A stretch of DNA of 37,703 bases, from NCBI GenBank assembly GCA_001593855.1, contig LUCC01000004.1:1-37703 (forward strand). The letters run 5' to 3'. The position numbers were made by a program, and so were the translations under genes. Shown piece after piece: positions 36,803 through 37,703 of this stretch. Position 1 is the first letter of the stretch. Each line of letters opens with the position of its first letter. The DNA is from Candidatus Hecatellales archaeon B24. Lineage in GTDB: Archaea > Thermoproteota > Bathyarchaeia > Hecatellales > Hecatellaceae. The notes beneath the pieces were generated by a model. It had not been told where the DNA came from. It worked only from the letters and a program-made list of their open reading frames with translations, and did no database searches.

Positions 36803-37074
36803 CCTACGGCAAACACTCCAAGAACCTCCTTAAGGATCTTCACAACCTCCTCAAGCAGGACGGCGGCTTCCGTTTGATCTACGAAAACCTCCAAGATACG
36901 CCTATCCTCACGCAAATTCCCCATCGTAAGCCCCATGATCATATTAAACTTGAAAGCGCCAAAGACATCAACCACATTATCTAGGGTTTCAGACTTCAAG
37001 TTTGTTTCAACAGAAAACTCAGCAAACTTTCGATCGGGCGCATAAACGGCAACAGGCAACTCTTTAGGATACAA
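36763..37074 (-). pseudogene. Probably 3'-truncated hypothetical protein, ACT-like alpha/beta pattern
   Basis: TTG with strong SD GAGGAGGTGG; its last about 13 codons run out of frame through the integrase remnant. Confidence 0.45.
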
Positions 37075-37209
37075 ATATTTCCACCTCCTCTATTGGAGAG
37101 GAGATACAATCAGCTATAACTGTGTCGTTTTCAAGCCTATAACTAGCTTAAATCCTTTAACGTTGAAGCAGGAGGCCCCTTCCAATAGCATGTGAATTTG
37201 GTTAGTTCA

Positions 37210-37536
37210 TTATCTAATGCGAGTTTCATACTGCTTTTTTAGCCTTTTAATCTCCTTGACAAAGTCAAACCTGCCCTTACGTGAGCTTTTAAGACCTGTT
37301 TCTCTGCAAAGTTTCTCAATAATAATCTTCTCTATGATTGTTGCTCCGGTTCCGAAGAGGCTGGCTAGGGCTGCATGAAACTTCTCGGGGACATATGATA
37401 GGTTTTCTCTGGCTATGTGGAAATCCCTTTCCAGGTAAAAGTATATTACGTGTTTGACGCTTTCACCGAATGAATTAAAAGCTTTATCGGTAGCCTCTTG
37501 CAGAGCCTTCTCGAAACTCTTATCACCTTCACTCAG
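37210..37536 (-). CDS. Hypothetical helical protein (DUF3227/NitrOD5-like), CTG start; absent from the ORF track
   Basis: 108-codon frame (L)SEGDKSFEKALQEATDKAFNSFGESVKHVIYFYLERDF...PEKFHAALASLFGTGATIIEKIIIEKL...; GGGAGG upstream. Confidence 0.72.
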   Translation of the reverse strand: MSEGDKSFEKALQEATDKAFNSFGESVKHVIYFYLERDFHIARENLSYVPEKFHAALASLFGTGATIIEKIIIEKLCRETGLKSSRKGRFDFVKEIKRLKKQYETRIR

Positions 37537-37703
37537 AAGTCAAACCTCCCTAAACAACTGGAATAAGCCTCACTTTTATTCTGTCCTTTAAAAACTCGGT
37601 TTTAAAGCCATAGAAAGGAGTATAACGTTTTGTACTATATGAGAAGGTTATGCCATCCTCATTTATGAGGCGGAAGATGTAATCTGCTATGTCGGAGAGT
37701 TGC

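Noticed and set aside
1..37703. CRISPR array, rRNA or intact IS element
   Set aside because: No regularly spaced repeats, rRNA motifs or transposase seen

Overview
Archaeal chromosomal segment. TACK/Bathyarchaeia-like affiliation is inferred from SmAP3-type Lsm, eL20, TBP, Rpo12 and an Ech operon. 0-21.5 kb is mostly housekeeping: intron-containing tRNA-Trp, eL20-pfdA-ftsY-argF-dtdA-AK6-Lsm, cimA, tbp, signal peptidase, Lhr helicase, a MobA/DUF1464/DUF447/MptE block, Trm5-like, rpo12, tgtA and tatAC. 21.7-28.1 kb is a six-gene echABCDEF-type group 4 [NiFe]-hydrogenase operon whose EchD subunit is fused in frame to a complete GltD/NfnB-like FAD/NAD(P)H/Fe-S module. This is the strongest novelty candidate: a putative NADP(H)-coupled, ion-translocating hydrogenase. 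As given, echC and tgtA both carry frameshifts that the ORF track hides. 31.9-35.6 kb is an oxidative-stress cluster (AhpD/CMD, AfpA, Isf, rubredoxin, truncated flavin reductase, rubrerythrin, desulfoferrodoxin). The last 2 kb looks like decayed accessory DNA: a divergent small-gene pair around an operator array, a tyrosine-integrase remnant fused to a truncated gene, and a CTG-initiated ORF. All calls come from motif recognition by eye; no database searches were run.
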